In this document: one piece after another, positions 55,074 to 64,000 of the stretch
Numbering within the stretch: the stretch's first letter is position 1
Layout: every line of letters begins with the position of its first letter
Assembly (NCBI GenBank): GCA_964556485.1
Contig: CAZKVV010000001.1
Coordinates: forward strand, 148,551-212,550
Length of the DNA: 64,000 nucleotides
Direction of reading: 5' to 3'
Origin: an uncultured Pseudomonadales bacterium
GTDB lineage: Bacteria > Patescibacteriota > Microgenomatia > UBA1400 > PJMF01
Program-made: the position numbers and the translations under genes
The notes under the pieces: generated by a model
What the model was told of the DNA's origin: nothing
The model's database searches: none
What the model saw: the letters and a program-made list of their open reading frames with translations, nothing else

Positions 55074-55996
55074 TGCATAAAATCCCCTGTATTTCTATAG
55101 TTGGTATGACGGCATCGGGAAAAACTGCAGTGGCATTAATGTTGGCGGAAGAAATCGCAAGGCTTGGTCGTGGTGTAACACTAATTTCAGCAGATTCACG
55201 CCAAGTATATAAAGATATTCCCATTCTATCTGGTGCAGATGTACCCGCTGATTTTTTTAAAACGAACGACTCAGTTTTTGAGCACCCCTTTTTTCAGAAT
55301 CAAACAGGGACCATCCAACTACATGGATGTAGCATGCTGGCAAGTTCGGTAGAATGGTCTTTGGGACTTTTTAGGCAGTTTGCGTTAGATGTCATGATGC
55401 AGGCTATTGCAGATGGTCGCGTGGTACTTATTGTTGGTGGTACCGGTTTGTATCAGACTAAATTGTTTACAACTGATACTCAGGTTAATGTCAAACCCGA
55501 CCCAGCATGGAGAAAAGAAGCAAGCATCATGACTCTTTTAGAACTCCAAAAGCAATTGGAAGCTATTGATCCAAACAGACTGACAGCAATGAATAATTCA
55601 GATAGTAATAATCCCCGTAGATTGCAGCGTGCAATTGAAATTGCTAGAGCGCCAAAATTGCTGGTGACTAACAAATACCAAGATCTGTTGCAACATGTCC
55701 AACAACAAATTATTGGTTTGCAAGGATCTGCTAAGAGTAACGAAATAATTAAAGATCGCGTAATTGCGAGAATTAATGCTGGCGCAATTTTTGAAGTAGA
55801 AAAATGTCTACAGCTAGAAAATGTTGCCTCTCATCTACAAACCACCTTGGGTTTCTTAGAAATTTCTCAATACCTTGAGGGAAAATACACTAAAGCAGAG
55901 CTTATCGATATGTGGGCGTTGCATGAGTGCCAATATGCAAAAAGACAGATGACTTGGTGGAAGGCGCAGCCGTCAGTTGCATGGTATGATGTTTAG
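55073..55996 (+). CDS. miaA: tRNA dimethylallyltransferase
   Basis: P-loop ISIVGMTASGKTAVAL, then ISADSRQVYKDIPILSG. Confidence 0.85.
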   Translation: MHKIPCISIVGMTASGKTAVALMLAEEIARLGRGVTLISADSRQVYKDIPILSGADVPADFFKTNDSVFEHPFFQNQTGTIQLHGCSMLASSVEWSLGLFRQFALDVMMQAIADGRVVLIVGGTGLYQTKLFTTDTQVNVKPDPAWRKEASIMTLLELQKQLEAIDPNRLTAMNNSDSNNPRRLQRAIEIARAPKLLVTNKYQDLLQHVQQQIIGLQGSAKSNEIIKDRVIARINAGAIFEVEKCLQLENVASHLQTTLGFLEISQYLEGKYTKAELIDMWALHECQYAKRQMTWWKAQPSVAWYDV

Positions 55997-55999
55997 TAT

Positions 56000-57031
56000 A
56001 TGTTTTCGTACTTCAAAAACCGCCACTCTGTTACCATAGATCCGCTCTCGTTTTTATTTTTATCGATGATGGTGCTCGTTGCCTATTTTTTGTTTCTGAT
56101 CACCGACATTTTAATACTACTTTTTATGTCGTTTATCCTAATGGTTGCAATCAATCCCATTGTTTCATTTTTCCAACGAAAAGTTGGAATGCCGAGAATC
56201 ATTGCTATTGTATCGGCTTACCTTACTTTGGTTAGTTGTGTTGTCTTGTTCATTGGTTTGGTTGTTCCACCTTTAACGCAACAGTTTATTGGTTTTGTGC
56301 AAAAACTATCATTACCAGGCCTCAATGGCTACTTCAAAGACATTAACTTTACATTACAAGAAGTGAGCGCTTTAGTTGGCAGAGTGGGAGAATCAGCCTC
56401 AATGGTTGCTGCTGCTATTACTTCTGCATTCAGTAGTGTTTTTACGTTTGTAACATTATTTGTTTTATCATTTTATTTTATGCTCGAGCGGGAAAAATTA
56501 CACACTAAAGTTGGTTGGTTTACAAAAGATAAAAATGTTTTTTTGTTGTTTGAAAAATTTCTTGCAGATGCTGAAGTGCAACTGGGTGGTTGGGTAAGGG
56601 CTCAAATTTTATTAATGCTTGTAATCGGAGTCGTCACCTTCATTGGACTGTCTTTGTTGCAAATACCTTATGCACTCGCACTTGCACTTGTTGCAGGTTT
56701 GCTTGAAGTTTTACCCAATCTTGGTCCACTCATTGCCGCTGTACCCGCAATAATTATTGCATATGTCACCTTTGGTCCAATCAGTGCGGGAATAGTGTTG
56801 CTTTTTTATATTATAGTTCAACAGCTCGAAAATAATATTCTTGTGCCTAAAATCATTGCTGCAAGCGCAAATGTGAGTCCGCTCATATCTATAGTTGTTA
56901 TTCTCATTGGTCTTAAGTTGGGCGGAGTGATTGGTGCACTTTTGGCTGTTCCAATTTATATTATTTTTAGACTTACTTACTCGACTTTTGTAATGCACAA
57001 CATTACTAATACACCGGAGCAGGATAGATAG
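56000..57031 (+). CDS. AI-2E family transporter (UPF0118/PerM-like)
   Basis: 8 TM segments. Conserved LLEVLPNLGPLIAAVPAIIIA segment. Confidence 0.8.
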   Translation: MFSYFKNRHSVTIDPLSFLFLSMMVLVAYFLFLITDILILLFMSFILMVAINPIVSFFQRKVGMPRIIAIVSAYLTLVSCVVLFIGLVVPPLTQQFIGFVQKLSLPGLNGYFKDINFTLQEVSALVGRVGESASMVAAAITSAFSSVFTFVTLFVLSFYFMLEREKLHTKVGWFTKDKNVFLLFEKFLADAEVQLGGWVRAQILLMLVIGVVTFIGLSLLQIPYALALALVAGLLEVLPNLGPLIAAVPAIIIAYVTFGPISAGIVLLFYIIVQQLENNILVPKIIAASANVSPLISIVVILIGLKLGGVIGALLAVPIYIIFRLTYSTFVMHNITNTPEQDR

Positions 57032-57066
57032 AGCTTCGCTTGCTTGTCTGCTGTATACTATTAAAG

Positions 57067-57412
57067 CTGCAAAGATCGGATAGTGGCCGTAAACCTTTTG
57101 GTTTATGGAGGAAAGTCCGGACAGCTGAATAGAGGGTGCCACATGGAGTTCAAGTAATTGAAGTAAGTGTGGGACTTGGCTAGCAATAGCTAAGGACAGT
57201 TAGAGCAACAGTGACGAATCGGGTAGCGCCGAGTGAAACGACCAAGCGGTGTGCCAAGGCTTGCAAGGGTCTTGGAGCGGCAATCCTCCCTGCTGCAACT
57301 GGCGAGCTTCACCATTGGACCTATTCCCGAGCTCTGCAAGGAGCTGGTGATAATGCCCCAGGCATAGATAGATCACTATCAAATACAGAATCCGGCTTAT
57401 GATCTTTGCAGC
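57067..57412 (+). ncRNA. rnpB: RNase P RNA (bacterial type A-like)
   Basis: P1 pairing GCTGCAAAGATC (57067) with GATCTTTGCAGC (57401). P4 halves GGAGGAAAGTCCGGAC and ACAGAATCCGGCTTA are present. About 346 nt. Confidence 0.8.
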
Positions 57413-57500
57413 GCTGTGGCTTAGTCAAGAAATGCTTGCCTGGTGTTTCTCAAGTGAAAACATGATAGTATAGTTGTGATGGTAGTTCGTAATAAAAAAG

Positions 57501-58196
57501 GTGAACATGAACACTTCTCTCATGAATTCTAGCGCGCTTCTAGTTGAAGAAACAACCAAAACGATTGCTGACTTTTTGCCAGCCATTTTGGGAGCGTTAT
57601 TTTTATTGGTAGTTGGTGGCATTATTGCCAAAGCAGCTCGTGGGTTGGTAATTAAGCTCTTTGAGTCTCTCAACCTGAGCAAAGCAGTTAAAAAAACCCC
57701 GATTGAACATTTTTTAGAGAACGCAGAACTTGGTTCCAAGATTGAAGTGATTATTGGTAACGTAGCTTATTGGCTGATTATGTTGGTAGTGGTTCAGTCT
57801 GCAGTGTCTGTTTTGGGATTACATTCTCTGGTTCAACTGTTAGATAGAGTGCTAGGGTACTTGCCAAGAATTCTTGCAGCTATTTTTGTTTTATTCTTTG
57901 GTGTGTTATTGGCAGGTTTGGTAGAGGCACTTATAAAAGGTGCGCTCAAAACCATTGATGCCAGCAGCTCTCGCCTGTTTGGTAAAGTTGCAAGTTACTT
58001 AGTAGTCACCATTTCAGTTATGGCAGCTATCTCAGAATTAGGTATAGCTAATGAATTTATACTTATTTTATTTGTCGGCTTAGTTACCGCAATGTCATTA
58101 GGATTTGGATTAGCACTTGGTTTGGGTGGTAAAGATTTAATTCAAAAATTGCTTGATAAGTGGTATAAAAATTTACAAAAACAGGTTACTGAATAA
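57501..58196 (+). CDS. membrane protein with repeated conserved TM-helix modules, unknown function
   Basis: 231 aa with 4 to 5 TM segments. No catalytic motif. Confidence 0.5.
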   Translation: MNMNTSLMNSSALLVEETTKTIADFLPAILGALFLLVVGGIIAKAARGLVIKLFESLNLSKAVKKTPIEHFLENAELGSKIEVIIGNVAYWLIMLVVVQSAVSVLGLHSLVQLLDRVLGYLPRILAAIFVLFFGVLLAGLVEALIKGALKTIDASSSRLFGKVASYLVVTISVMAAISELGIANEFILILFVGLVTAMSLGFGLALGLGGKDLIQKLLDKWYKNLQKQVTE

Positions 58197-58206
58197 CCGA
58201 TCTTCG

Positions 58207-58836
58207 CTACTCTTTCCCAAAGTGAGCTACAACAATGCATTTGTATTCTGGGTCCTCGATGCTGTCGCAGTCGATTGCAATTCCCACATCTGTGTACAGA
58301 GGATGTAGCATTTCTTTGTTGTGCGTTTCACTCTCTTTCCATGCAGTAAAAATATCCCACTCCGAGCCGATATTAAAGGCAAGGTTTTCACCTGCAATTG
58401 AGTAGTGGTAGCCAGCTAATTGTATAAACTCCCAAGTTGTTTGCTTATTTTCATCCTCGTGCTGATAATACCCTTTTGAGATCATATCGTTTAGTTTTAG
58501 TTGTGCGGAGGCAATCAGCTTTGGATGCAAGCGCACTTTGGGAATGTGATGTTCATCACGATGCGCATTAATGAGCAAAAATAGTTTTTCTATTGCGAGC
58601 AGTTGTTCATTTGTTGTTGCAGTAGCCCTTCCAAGAACTTCTGTTGTACTTGGTTGTGTTGTGACAGTTGCGGATGGTGATGCTAGTGGTGAAGGCATGC
58701 TCGTTTGAATTTTGGAAGTTAGATCGGTTGTTTTTGAAATAGACGCGGTCAAAAAGCCAAGAAACAGAATGATTGAGACTATTCCGAATGGGAGAAAGAA
58801 GAACAATGCACTGCGGACACGAAGTGAAAGCGCCAT
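58207..58836 (-). CDS. secreted CAP/SCP-domain protein (cysteine-rich secretory protein family)
   Basis: N-terminal TM/signal, ST-rich linker, then NAHRDEHH...HYSIAGENLAFN and a C-terminal YKCIVVAHFG. Typical CAP-domain motifs. Confidence 0.65.
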   Translation of the reverse strand: MALSLRVRSALFFFLPFGIVSIILFLGFLTASISKTTDLTSKIQTSMPSPLASPSATVTTQPSTTEVLGRATATTNEQLLAIEKLFLLINAHRDEHHIPKVRLHPKLIASAQLKLNDMISKGYYQHEDENKQTTWEFIQLAGYHYSIAGENLAFNIGSEWDIFTAWKESETHNKEMLHPLYTDVGIAIDCDSIEDPEYKCIVVAHFGKE

Positions 58837-58853
58837 ACTACTATTTTCTATTG

Positions 58854-60368
58854 TTAGAGCGATTGTATGCGATACTGTAGTGCTTCTGCAATGTGATCGG
58901 CAGAAATATGATCAGAATCATCAAGATCTGCAATTGTTTGGGCAGTGGCAATCGTTTTGTAGTAACTTCTAGCAGATAGCAACAGTTTTGTTGTGGCTTT
59001 TCCAAGTAGTATACGCGCCGAGGCTGTAAGTGAGCAAAATTGGTCAACTGTTTGGGAAGTAAGTGCAGCATTGCACGTGAGTTGTGTGTTTTGGTATCTT
59101 TTTTGTTGTTTTTGGTAGGCTAGTGACACTGCTCCAGCAGCTTGCTGGGTGGACATGCCGCTGTGTGCTTCTGGATGCTTGATGAGCGTGCTGCTTGGCA
59201 AGTCAAAAACTTTGACGCTTAAGTCCACTCTATCTAGCAATGGACCACTTATTTTTTTTCGGTATCGTTGCTTAACTGCCGGACTACAGGTGCATGGCTT
59301 TGTGAGGGAGTACGCTTGACCACAGGCACACGGATTGAGTGCCAGTATGACCGAGCAATGTGCTGGATAGGTAACACTACCTTGGGCGTTCGTAATCGTA
59401 ATTAAGCCACTTTCCAGTGGTTGGCGGAGGGTTTCTAATACTGATGCTTTAAATTCGGTACATTCATCGAGAAACAGTACTCCACAATGCGCAAGTGAAA
59501 TTTCACCAGGTTGCAAGAGTATACCACCGCCAACTAGACCTCGATTAGTAATGGTGTGATGCGGTGAGCGAAATGGTCTTTGAGTAATTAGCGAACCAGA
59601 AAGTTTGCCTGCAACAGAGTAAATCGTAGAAACGTCCCTACTCTCTTGCAACGTGAGTGGTGGGAGAAAGCCCTGCACTGCTTGTGCAAGTAAGGTTTTG
59701 CCCGATCCTGGTGAGCCAGAAAGCATGAGATTATGTCTTCCTGCAGCTGCAATGAGTGCGGCTCGTTTGGCAACTGACTGTCCTTGAATATGTTCTAGCA
59801 TCACCCCGTAAGCTAGTGATTGCGAAAGTGATGGAGCTGGTTTCCATACTGGTGGCAGTTGTGACTGACGATAATAAGAAAAAAGAGTTTGAATGTTTGC
59901 TACTGGGTATGCGCAAACCGCTAAACCATCTGGAATTTCCGTTCTGTTTTCATATGGTATAACTAGTGAAGTAAAACCTAATTGGGCTGCAGAAAGTGCC
60001 AGCGGCAGTACGCCTTTACAAGCTTTTAATTGACCGTCGAGCGACAGTTCACCCAAGAAAAGTGTTGTGGCACCATTTGGTATGTGCATCCCCTGTAGTT
60101 GTGCCAGACTTACGGCAATCGCTAATTCAAGGTTGCTACCTTTCTTGTGCAAATCTGCGGGCGCTAAGTTAACGACGGTTCGTTTGGTCTTAAGCCGAAT
60201 ACCACTATGAGTAAGCGAAGAGGTAATTCTTTCCCTTGATTCTTCGACCGACTTTGAAGCAAGTCCAATAAATACGAGAGTGGGTATTCCGGATGTAGTT
60301 TCAGTTTCAATCTGAATTTTGATGGGAGTAAGTCCTACCATAGTGGCGCTGAATGTACGAGAAACCAT
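58854..60368 (-). CDS. comM: YifB/ComM-family Mg-chelatase-like AAA+ ATPase
   Basis: Lon-like N-domain, Walker A LMLSGSPGSGKTLLAQ, Walker B VLFLDE, and C-terminal ChlI/HTH. Confidence 0.85.
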   Translation of the reverse strand: MVSRTFSATMVGLTPIKIQIETETTSGIPTLVFIGLASKSVEESRERITSSLTHSGIRLKTKRTVVNLAPADLHKKGSNLELAIAVSLAQLQGMHIPNGATTLFLGELSLDGQLKACKGVLPLALSAAQLGFTSLVIPYENRTEIPDGLAVCAYPVANIQTLFSYYRQSQLPPVWKPAPSLSQSLAYGVMLEHIQGQSVAKRAALIAAAGRHNLMLSGSPGSGKTLLAQAVQGFLPPLTLQESRDVSTIYSVAGKLSGSLITQRPFRSPHHTITNRGLVGGGILLQPGEISLAHCGVLFLDECTEFKASVLETLRQPLESGLITITNAQGSVTYPAHCSVILALNPCACGQAYSLTKPCTCSPAVKQRYRKKISGPLLDRVDLSVKVFDLPSSTLIKHPEAHSGMSTQQAAGAVSLAYQKQQKRYQNTQLTCNAALTSQTVDQFCSLTASARILLGKATTKLLLSARSYYKTIATAQTIADLDDSDHISADHIAEALQYRIQSL

Positions 60369-60430
60369 TCGATAACTATAGCGTTAGTTTCTTACACCAA
60401 CTGTGATACTAGAATAGTTTTTGAACTGGG

Positions 60431-61474
60431 CTAGCCTACTTTGCTAACTTGCTCAACCAGGCGGTTGCAGTAACCCCATTCGTTGTCGTACCAGCTAATC
60501 ACCTTGAGGAGATTGCCTCCCACCACATTGGTGAGTGATAAGTCGACAATTGAGGATTCAGCTCTGCCCACGATGTCGGAGGAAACGACTGGATCATGAG
60601 TAACTGCGAGAATGCCTTGCCACTCACTTTTTTGGCTTTCTGCTTCGAGCATGGTATTTACTTCTTCAATAGTGATATCTCGGGAAGTGACCATAACAAT
60701 GTCAGAAAGTGAGCCAACAGGTGTTGGTACGCGAATAGCAAGTCCATCGAATTTATTCTTTAGTTCAGGAATAATTTCGGTTGTAGCAATCGCTGCTCCA
60801 GTGCTGGTAGGGATAATATTTTCAGCTGCACTGCGAGCTCTGCGCATATCTTTGTGTGAATTATCTTGCACATTTTGGTCGTCAGTATATGAGTGAATGG
60901 TGCTGAGTAAGGCTTTTTCAATTCCAAAGTGTTGTTGTACCAACTTTACGACTGGAGCCACGCAGTTTGTTGTACAGGAAGCATTAGAGAAGATGTGAAT
61001 GTTGGTATCAAAGGTATTCACTCCAAGGACGCTGGTACTTACATGACCACCAGTGGCTGGTGCACTAATAATGACATTTTTGGCACCGCCTACAAAATGT
61101 TGTGCTGCTTTTTCTTCAGTAGTAAAGACTCCAGTACTATCAATCACCGTGTTAACGCCAAATTTTCCCCAAGGAATGAGGGTTGGATTTTTTTGGGCAG
61201 TCACCACAATGGTTTTGTCTCCAACTTTAAGATTTCCTAAAATTGGATTGGCATCGGTAACATCTTTTTTTGATTGAATTCTCTCAACGGTAATGGACTC
61301 CGAAAAAACCCCATAGTTTGAGTCATACTTCAGCAAATGAGCCCACTGCTCAATTTCCATTGAGCCAGAAGTGTTGATTAGTTTTAAATCTGTTTGCTCT
61401 TGTAAGTTTTCCCACCAGACGCGGAAACTCGTTCTACCAATTCTGCCGAAGCCATTAATGCCAAACGTATTCAT
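60431..61474 (-). CDS. gap: glyceraldehyde-3-phosphate dehydrogenase
   Basis: MNTFGINGFGRIGR and active-site SNASCTTNCVAP. Confidence 0.95.
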   Translation of the reverse strand: MNTFGINGFGRIGRTSFRVWWENLQEQTDLKLINTSGSMEIEQWAHLLKYDSNYGVFSESITVERIQSKKDVTDANPILGNLKVGDKTIVVTAQKNPTLIPWGKFGVNTVIDSTGVFTTEEKAAQHFVGGAKNVIISAPATGGHVSTSVLGVNTFDTNIHIFSNASCTTNCVAPVVKLVQQHFGIEKALLSTIHSYTDDQNVQDNSHKDMRRARSAAENIIPTSTGAAIATTEIIPELKNKFDGLAIRVPTPVGSLSDIVMVTSRDITIEEVNTMLEAESQKSEWQGILAVTHDPVVSSDIVGRAESSIVDLSLTNVVGGNLLKVISWYDNEWGYCNRLVEQVSKVG

Positions 61475-61577
61475 ATGATCCTTTCAAATACAAACAAGTG
61501 CATGTAACGAGACGCACTCTCAGTATAGACTAGAATCATTTCGGGTAAAAGTAACGGTGTAAAGAGCGCCGTGAACG

Positions 61578-62318
61578 TTATGATAGTTGAGTCGTGACTT
61601 CGTTTGAAACGTAGGTGCCGATATCTTCGCCATCGACTGCTCGAATGAGATTCTCACCCTTGAAGAGCTCAAAGACCATTAGCGGCATGTCGTTTTCCTT
61701 TGACATAGCAAGGGCTGCAGTGTCCATAACTTGGACATCATCCATTTCAATCGCATCTTTAAAGCTAATGGTGCGGTAGCGTTTTGCATCAGGGAATTGT
61801 TCTGGATCTTTGTCAAATATGCCATCAACTTTGGTGGCTTTCATAAGCACGTCACATTGTAACTCGAGGGCATGAAGTGAGGCGCCTGTGTCGGTGGTTA
61901 CATATGGTACGCCGGTACCCGCTCCTAAAATTACCACTCTTCCCTTTTCCATATGGCGTATGGCTTTGCGGCGAACAAAACTTTCCGCGACAGCTGGCAT
62001 TTGTAAGGCAGATTGAAGGCGGGTTGGAACACCAACTTTCTCAAGAGCATCTTGCAATGCTAACCCGTTCATGACAGTTGCCATCATTCCGATGTAGTCT
62101 GCGGTTGCTCGATCAATACCATTTTTAGACCCTGCAACCCCTCGAAAAATATTGCCGCCGCCGATGACGACTGCAATTTCCACATGCTTTGTATATACCT
62201 GTTTGATTTTTTCAGCAACTTCTAATGCTGCTTTAGGATCAATGCCATATGGTCTGTCTCCCATTATCGATTCTCCGCCTACCTTGAGTAGAATTCTTTT
62301 AAATCGTGGTGCAGCCAT
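61578..62318 (-). CDS. pyrH: UMP kinase
   Basis: RILLKVGGESIMG, VIGGGNIFRG and a carbamate/amino-acid kinase fold. Confidence 0.95.
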   Translation of the reverse strand: MAAPRFKRILLKVGGESIMGDRPYGIDPKAALEVAEKIKQVYTKHVEIAVVIGGGNIFRGVAGSKNGIDRATADYIGMMATVMNGLALQDALEKVGVPTRLQSALQMPAVAESFVRRKAIRHMEKGRVVILGAGTGVPYVTTDTGASLHALELQCDVLMKATKVDGIFDKDPEQFPDAKRYRTISFKDAIEMDDVQVMDTAALAMSKENDMPLMVFELFKGENLIRAVDGEDIGTYVSNEVTTQLS

Positions 62319-62363
62319 ATCGGTTCCTTTCGAGCTAAAGCCAACGCATTTGCTGGCTACGTA

Positions 62364-63395
62364 TTATAAATGCAATTTTGCCTTTAGTCTAAGCCACTTC
62401 CAGCGTAGATCATCGGTCACTTTAAAAATGCCATACATGCTTGGGTTTGTGACAAGGTCATATGTTCCTAGGAATTCAACCAAATCACCACCATATCCTT
62501 TTTTGAAGCGATGAAAACCAAACCATGGATCACTTTGGTTTGGCTCTGGTCCGAGCGATCCCCACATGTCGAAAACATGGCAGCCTTGAGCCTTTCCAAA
62601 TCGAATCATTTCCCACATCAATAAGTTGCTGGCCATGACGTCTCTATGCTCACGACGACTCGCACCATATGGGTAGTACAAAACACCGTTATGAATAAAA
62701 AGAATCCAGGAAACCAGCACCTTTCCTTCATAAACGGCCGTAAAGATTCTCATTATCCCAGATGGAGCTAGATGATCAAACATCTTAGTGAAGTACTCAG
62801 TGTTGTGTGCATAGAAGCCCTGGCGTTTAGTTGTTTCTGCCAAGATATCTACATATTGTTGCATGCCTTCTTTTGTAGTATTCTCAAAAATTTGCACGCC
62901 TTTTTTGTGTGCGAGATTGACGTTGTATCGAGTTTTGCTTTCGAGTCTCTCAAATAATTCTTCTTCTGAATGATCAAGATTGAGTTGAAAGGTGTATTTG
63001 GTAAAGAGTGGCCTGCCAGCAACTGCGCCGTGTTTTTCTAGGAAATCAACGATATGACTATGGGCAGAAGGAGTACCAACTTTTTGAGCAATGTTGGGTT
63101 CAAGTTTAACAAACAATGCGTTTCTATTACTGGCCAGCTCTTTGAGTGCGGCAATTTGTTCATCGTCAGGCATATCGCCCTTGGGAAAGTAGCCAACATT
63201 TTGACCAAACACTGGTATTGGATGGAAGGTCACCTGCAATCCGCGCTGCAGTATGCCATTTTCAAAAAAACCAAGCCGATCGACAGTCACACCGGTTGTT
63301 TTACGAAACTCGCCCCATTCCCAGGTTTGCAAGGGATGACGGACGACAGTATTAAATGCTTCTTTTTCTTCTGGGCGAACTTCTCGTATCAACAT
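62364..63395 (-). CDS. FemAB-family aminoacyl-tRNA-dependent peptidoglycan branch transferase
   Basis: 343 aa. Acyl-CoA N-acyltransferase-like double domain, with a FemAB-like HxF...YGG pattern (HRFKKGYGG). Confidence 0.7.
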   Translation of the reverse strand: MLIREVRPEEKEAFNTVVRHPLQTWEWGEFRKTTGVTVDRLGFFENGILQRGLQVTFHPIPVFGQNVGYFPKGDMPDDEQIAALKELASNRNALFVKLEPNIAQKVGTPSAHSHIVDFLEKHGAVAGRPLFTKYTFQLNLDHSEEELFERLESKTRYNVNLAHKKGVQIFENTTKEGMQQYVDILAETTKRQGFYAHNTEYFTKMFDHLAPSGIMRIFTAVYEGKVLVSWILFIHNGVLYYPYGASRREHRDVMASNLLMWEMIRFGKAQGCHVFDMWGSLGPEPNQSDPWFGFHRFKKGYGGDLVEFLGTYDLVTNPSMYGIFKVTDDLRWKWLRLKAKLHL

Positions 63396-63426
63396 GGTGG
63401 CATCATTATAGGCAAAACAAGTAACT

Positions 63427-64000
63427 TTAGCTATCTATGAAACTATCAATATCAAATTCGCCTGAAAGTACACCTTCAGCCATGTCTTCATCAACTGGAA
63501 TATAACGGCGTTTGTCGCTATATGCAGGCGTTTTATTTTGTTGATAGCGAGGTTGATAATGACTTGATCCACCTCCTAAAAGTTCGAGTAGTTGTGGTGA
63601 GATATCACCAACAAAGCGACTACGAATGGCACCAGTTGTGGTGCCAAACTGGAATCGTGTCCGTGCGTGTGTGAGATAGAGTTTTGATTTGGCTCGAGTT
63701 ATTCCCACATAACAAAGTCGGCGTTCTTCTTCCATTTGATCGGGATCAAACAACGAGCGATTATGAGGTAATAATCCATCTTCCATTCCCACCATACACA
63801 CCACACTAAACTCTAAGCCCTTAGCTGCGTGGAAGCTCATCAGATTGACGGCATTGGTTTGTTCTTGCTGCCCATCCATGAGGTAATCATTTTGAATCAG
63901 GGCAACATTTTCCAAAAACTGATGCGGTGTTTGAAATTGAGCCGCAACGTTTAGCAACTCTTGGACGTTACTGGTTCGTTGTAAGTTTTCTTCAGAATCA
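63427..64000 (-). CDS. UvrD/PcrA-family helicase, C-terminal part (5' end beyond the window)
   Basis: Helicase motifs V and VI (MSFHAAKGLEFSVVCMVGMEDGLLPH; RRLCYVGITRAKSKLYL). The ORF runs off the right edge. Confidence 0.7.
   Translation of the reverse strand, partial: DSEENLQRTSNVQELLNVAAQFQTPHQFLENVALIQNDYLMDGQQEQTNAVNLMSFHAAKGLEFSVVCMVGMEDGLLPHNRSLFDPDQMEEERRLCYVGITRAKSKLYLTHARTRFQFGTTTGAIRSRFVGDISPQLLELLGGGSSHYQPRYQQNKTPAYSDKRRYIPVDEDMAEGVLSGEFDIDSFIDS

Noticed and set aside
1-64000. CRISPR arrays, rRNA genes, tmRNA, transposases/IS elements, phage structural genes
   Set aside because: I scanned the intergenic regions for regularly spaced direct repeats, tmRNA tag-peptide plus tRNA-like 3' end, and DDE or serine-recombinase motifs. 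None were found. The only recombinase is the XerC/D-like gene at 3753.

Overview
Low-GC, gene-dense bacterial chromosomal window. The short proteins, gene set (peptidoglycan enzymes, a large type IV pilus locus, no biosynthesis genes apart from an orphan chorismate mutase), extended ribosomal proteins and a compact RNase P RNA suggest a reduced-genome Patescibacteria/CPR-like organism; this is inference, not a search result. Contents from left to right: a TPR protein; YebC; a tyrosine recombinase beside a 1.4 kb non-coding stretch carrying a perfect 15-bp inverted repeat; two small surface/membrane genes that share a terminator-plus-promoter module; tRNA-Ala; gyrA - family II pyrophosphatase - gyrB; holB-like; then a ~22 kb type IV pilus locus (pilB, pilT, pilC, major pilin, pilD, a PKD protein, five pilin/pseudopilin genes, a 1204-aa Cys-rich secreted multidomain protein coupled to a pseudopilin, two membrane proteins, PilX-like, pilM/N/O). 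An AT-rich 3-gene island splits this pilus locus. It holds two divergent paralogs, each a nucleoside 2-deoxyribosyltransferase (NDT)-like domain fused to a C-terminal ribbon-helix-helix (RHH) domain, only one of which keeps the catalytic Glu. They flank a 347-aa protein with nucleoside phosphorylase/nucleosidase-like motifs, and a 17-bp perfect palindrome sits in the divergent promoter. This island is the best candidate for an undescribed nucleoside/nucleotide-targeting regulatory or defence module. The right half is housekeeping: khpA-rpsP, rnc, an ACP-like gene, nusB, an rpmF not in the ORF track, recG, chorismate mutase-tyrS with a candidate leader attenuator, PBP1A, pheST, rplT-rpmI-infC, tRNA-Val, trigger factor, a DUF62 SAM hydrolase, tRNA-Cys, miaB-miaA, an AI-2E transporter, rnpB (RNase P RNA), a CAP-domain protein, comM, gap, pyrH, a FemAB transferase and a partial UvrD-like helicase. 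No CRISPR array, rRNA, transposase or IS element was recognised.
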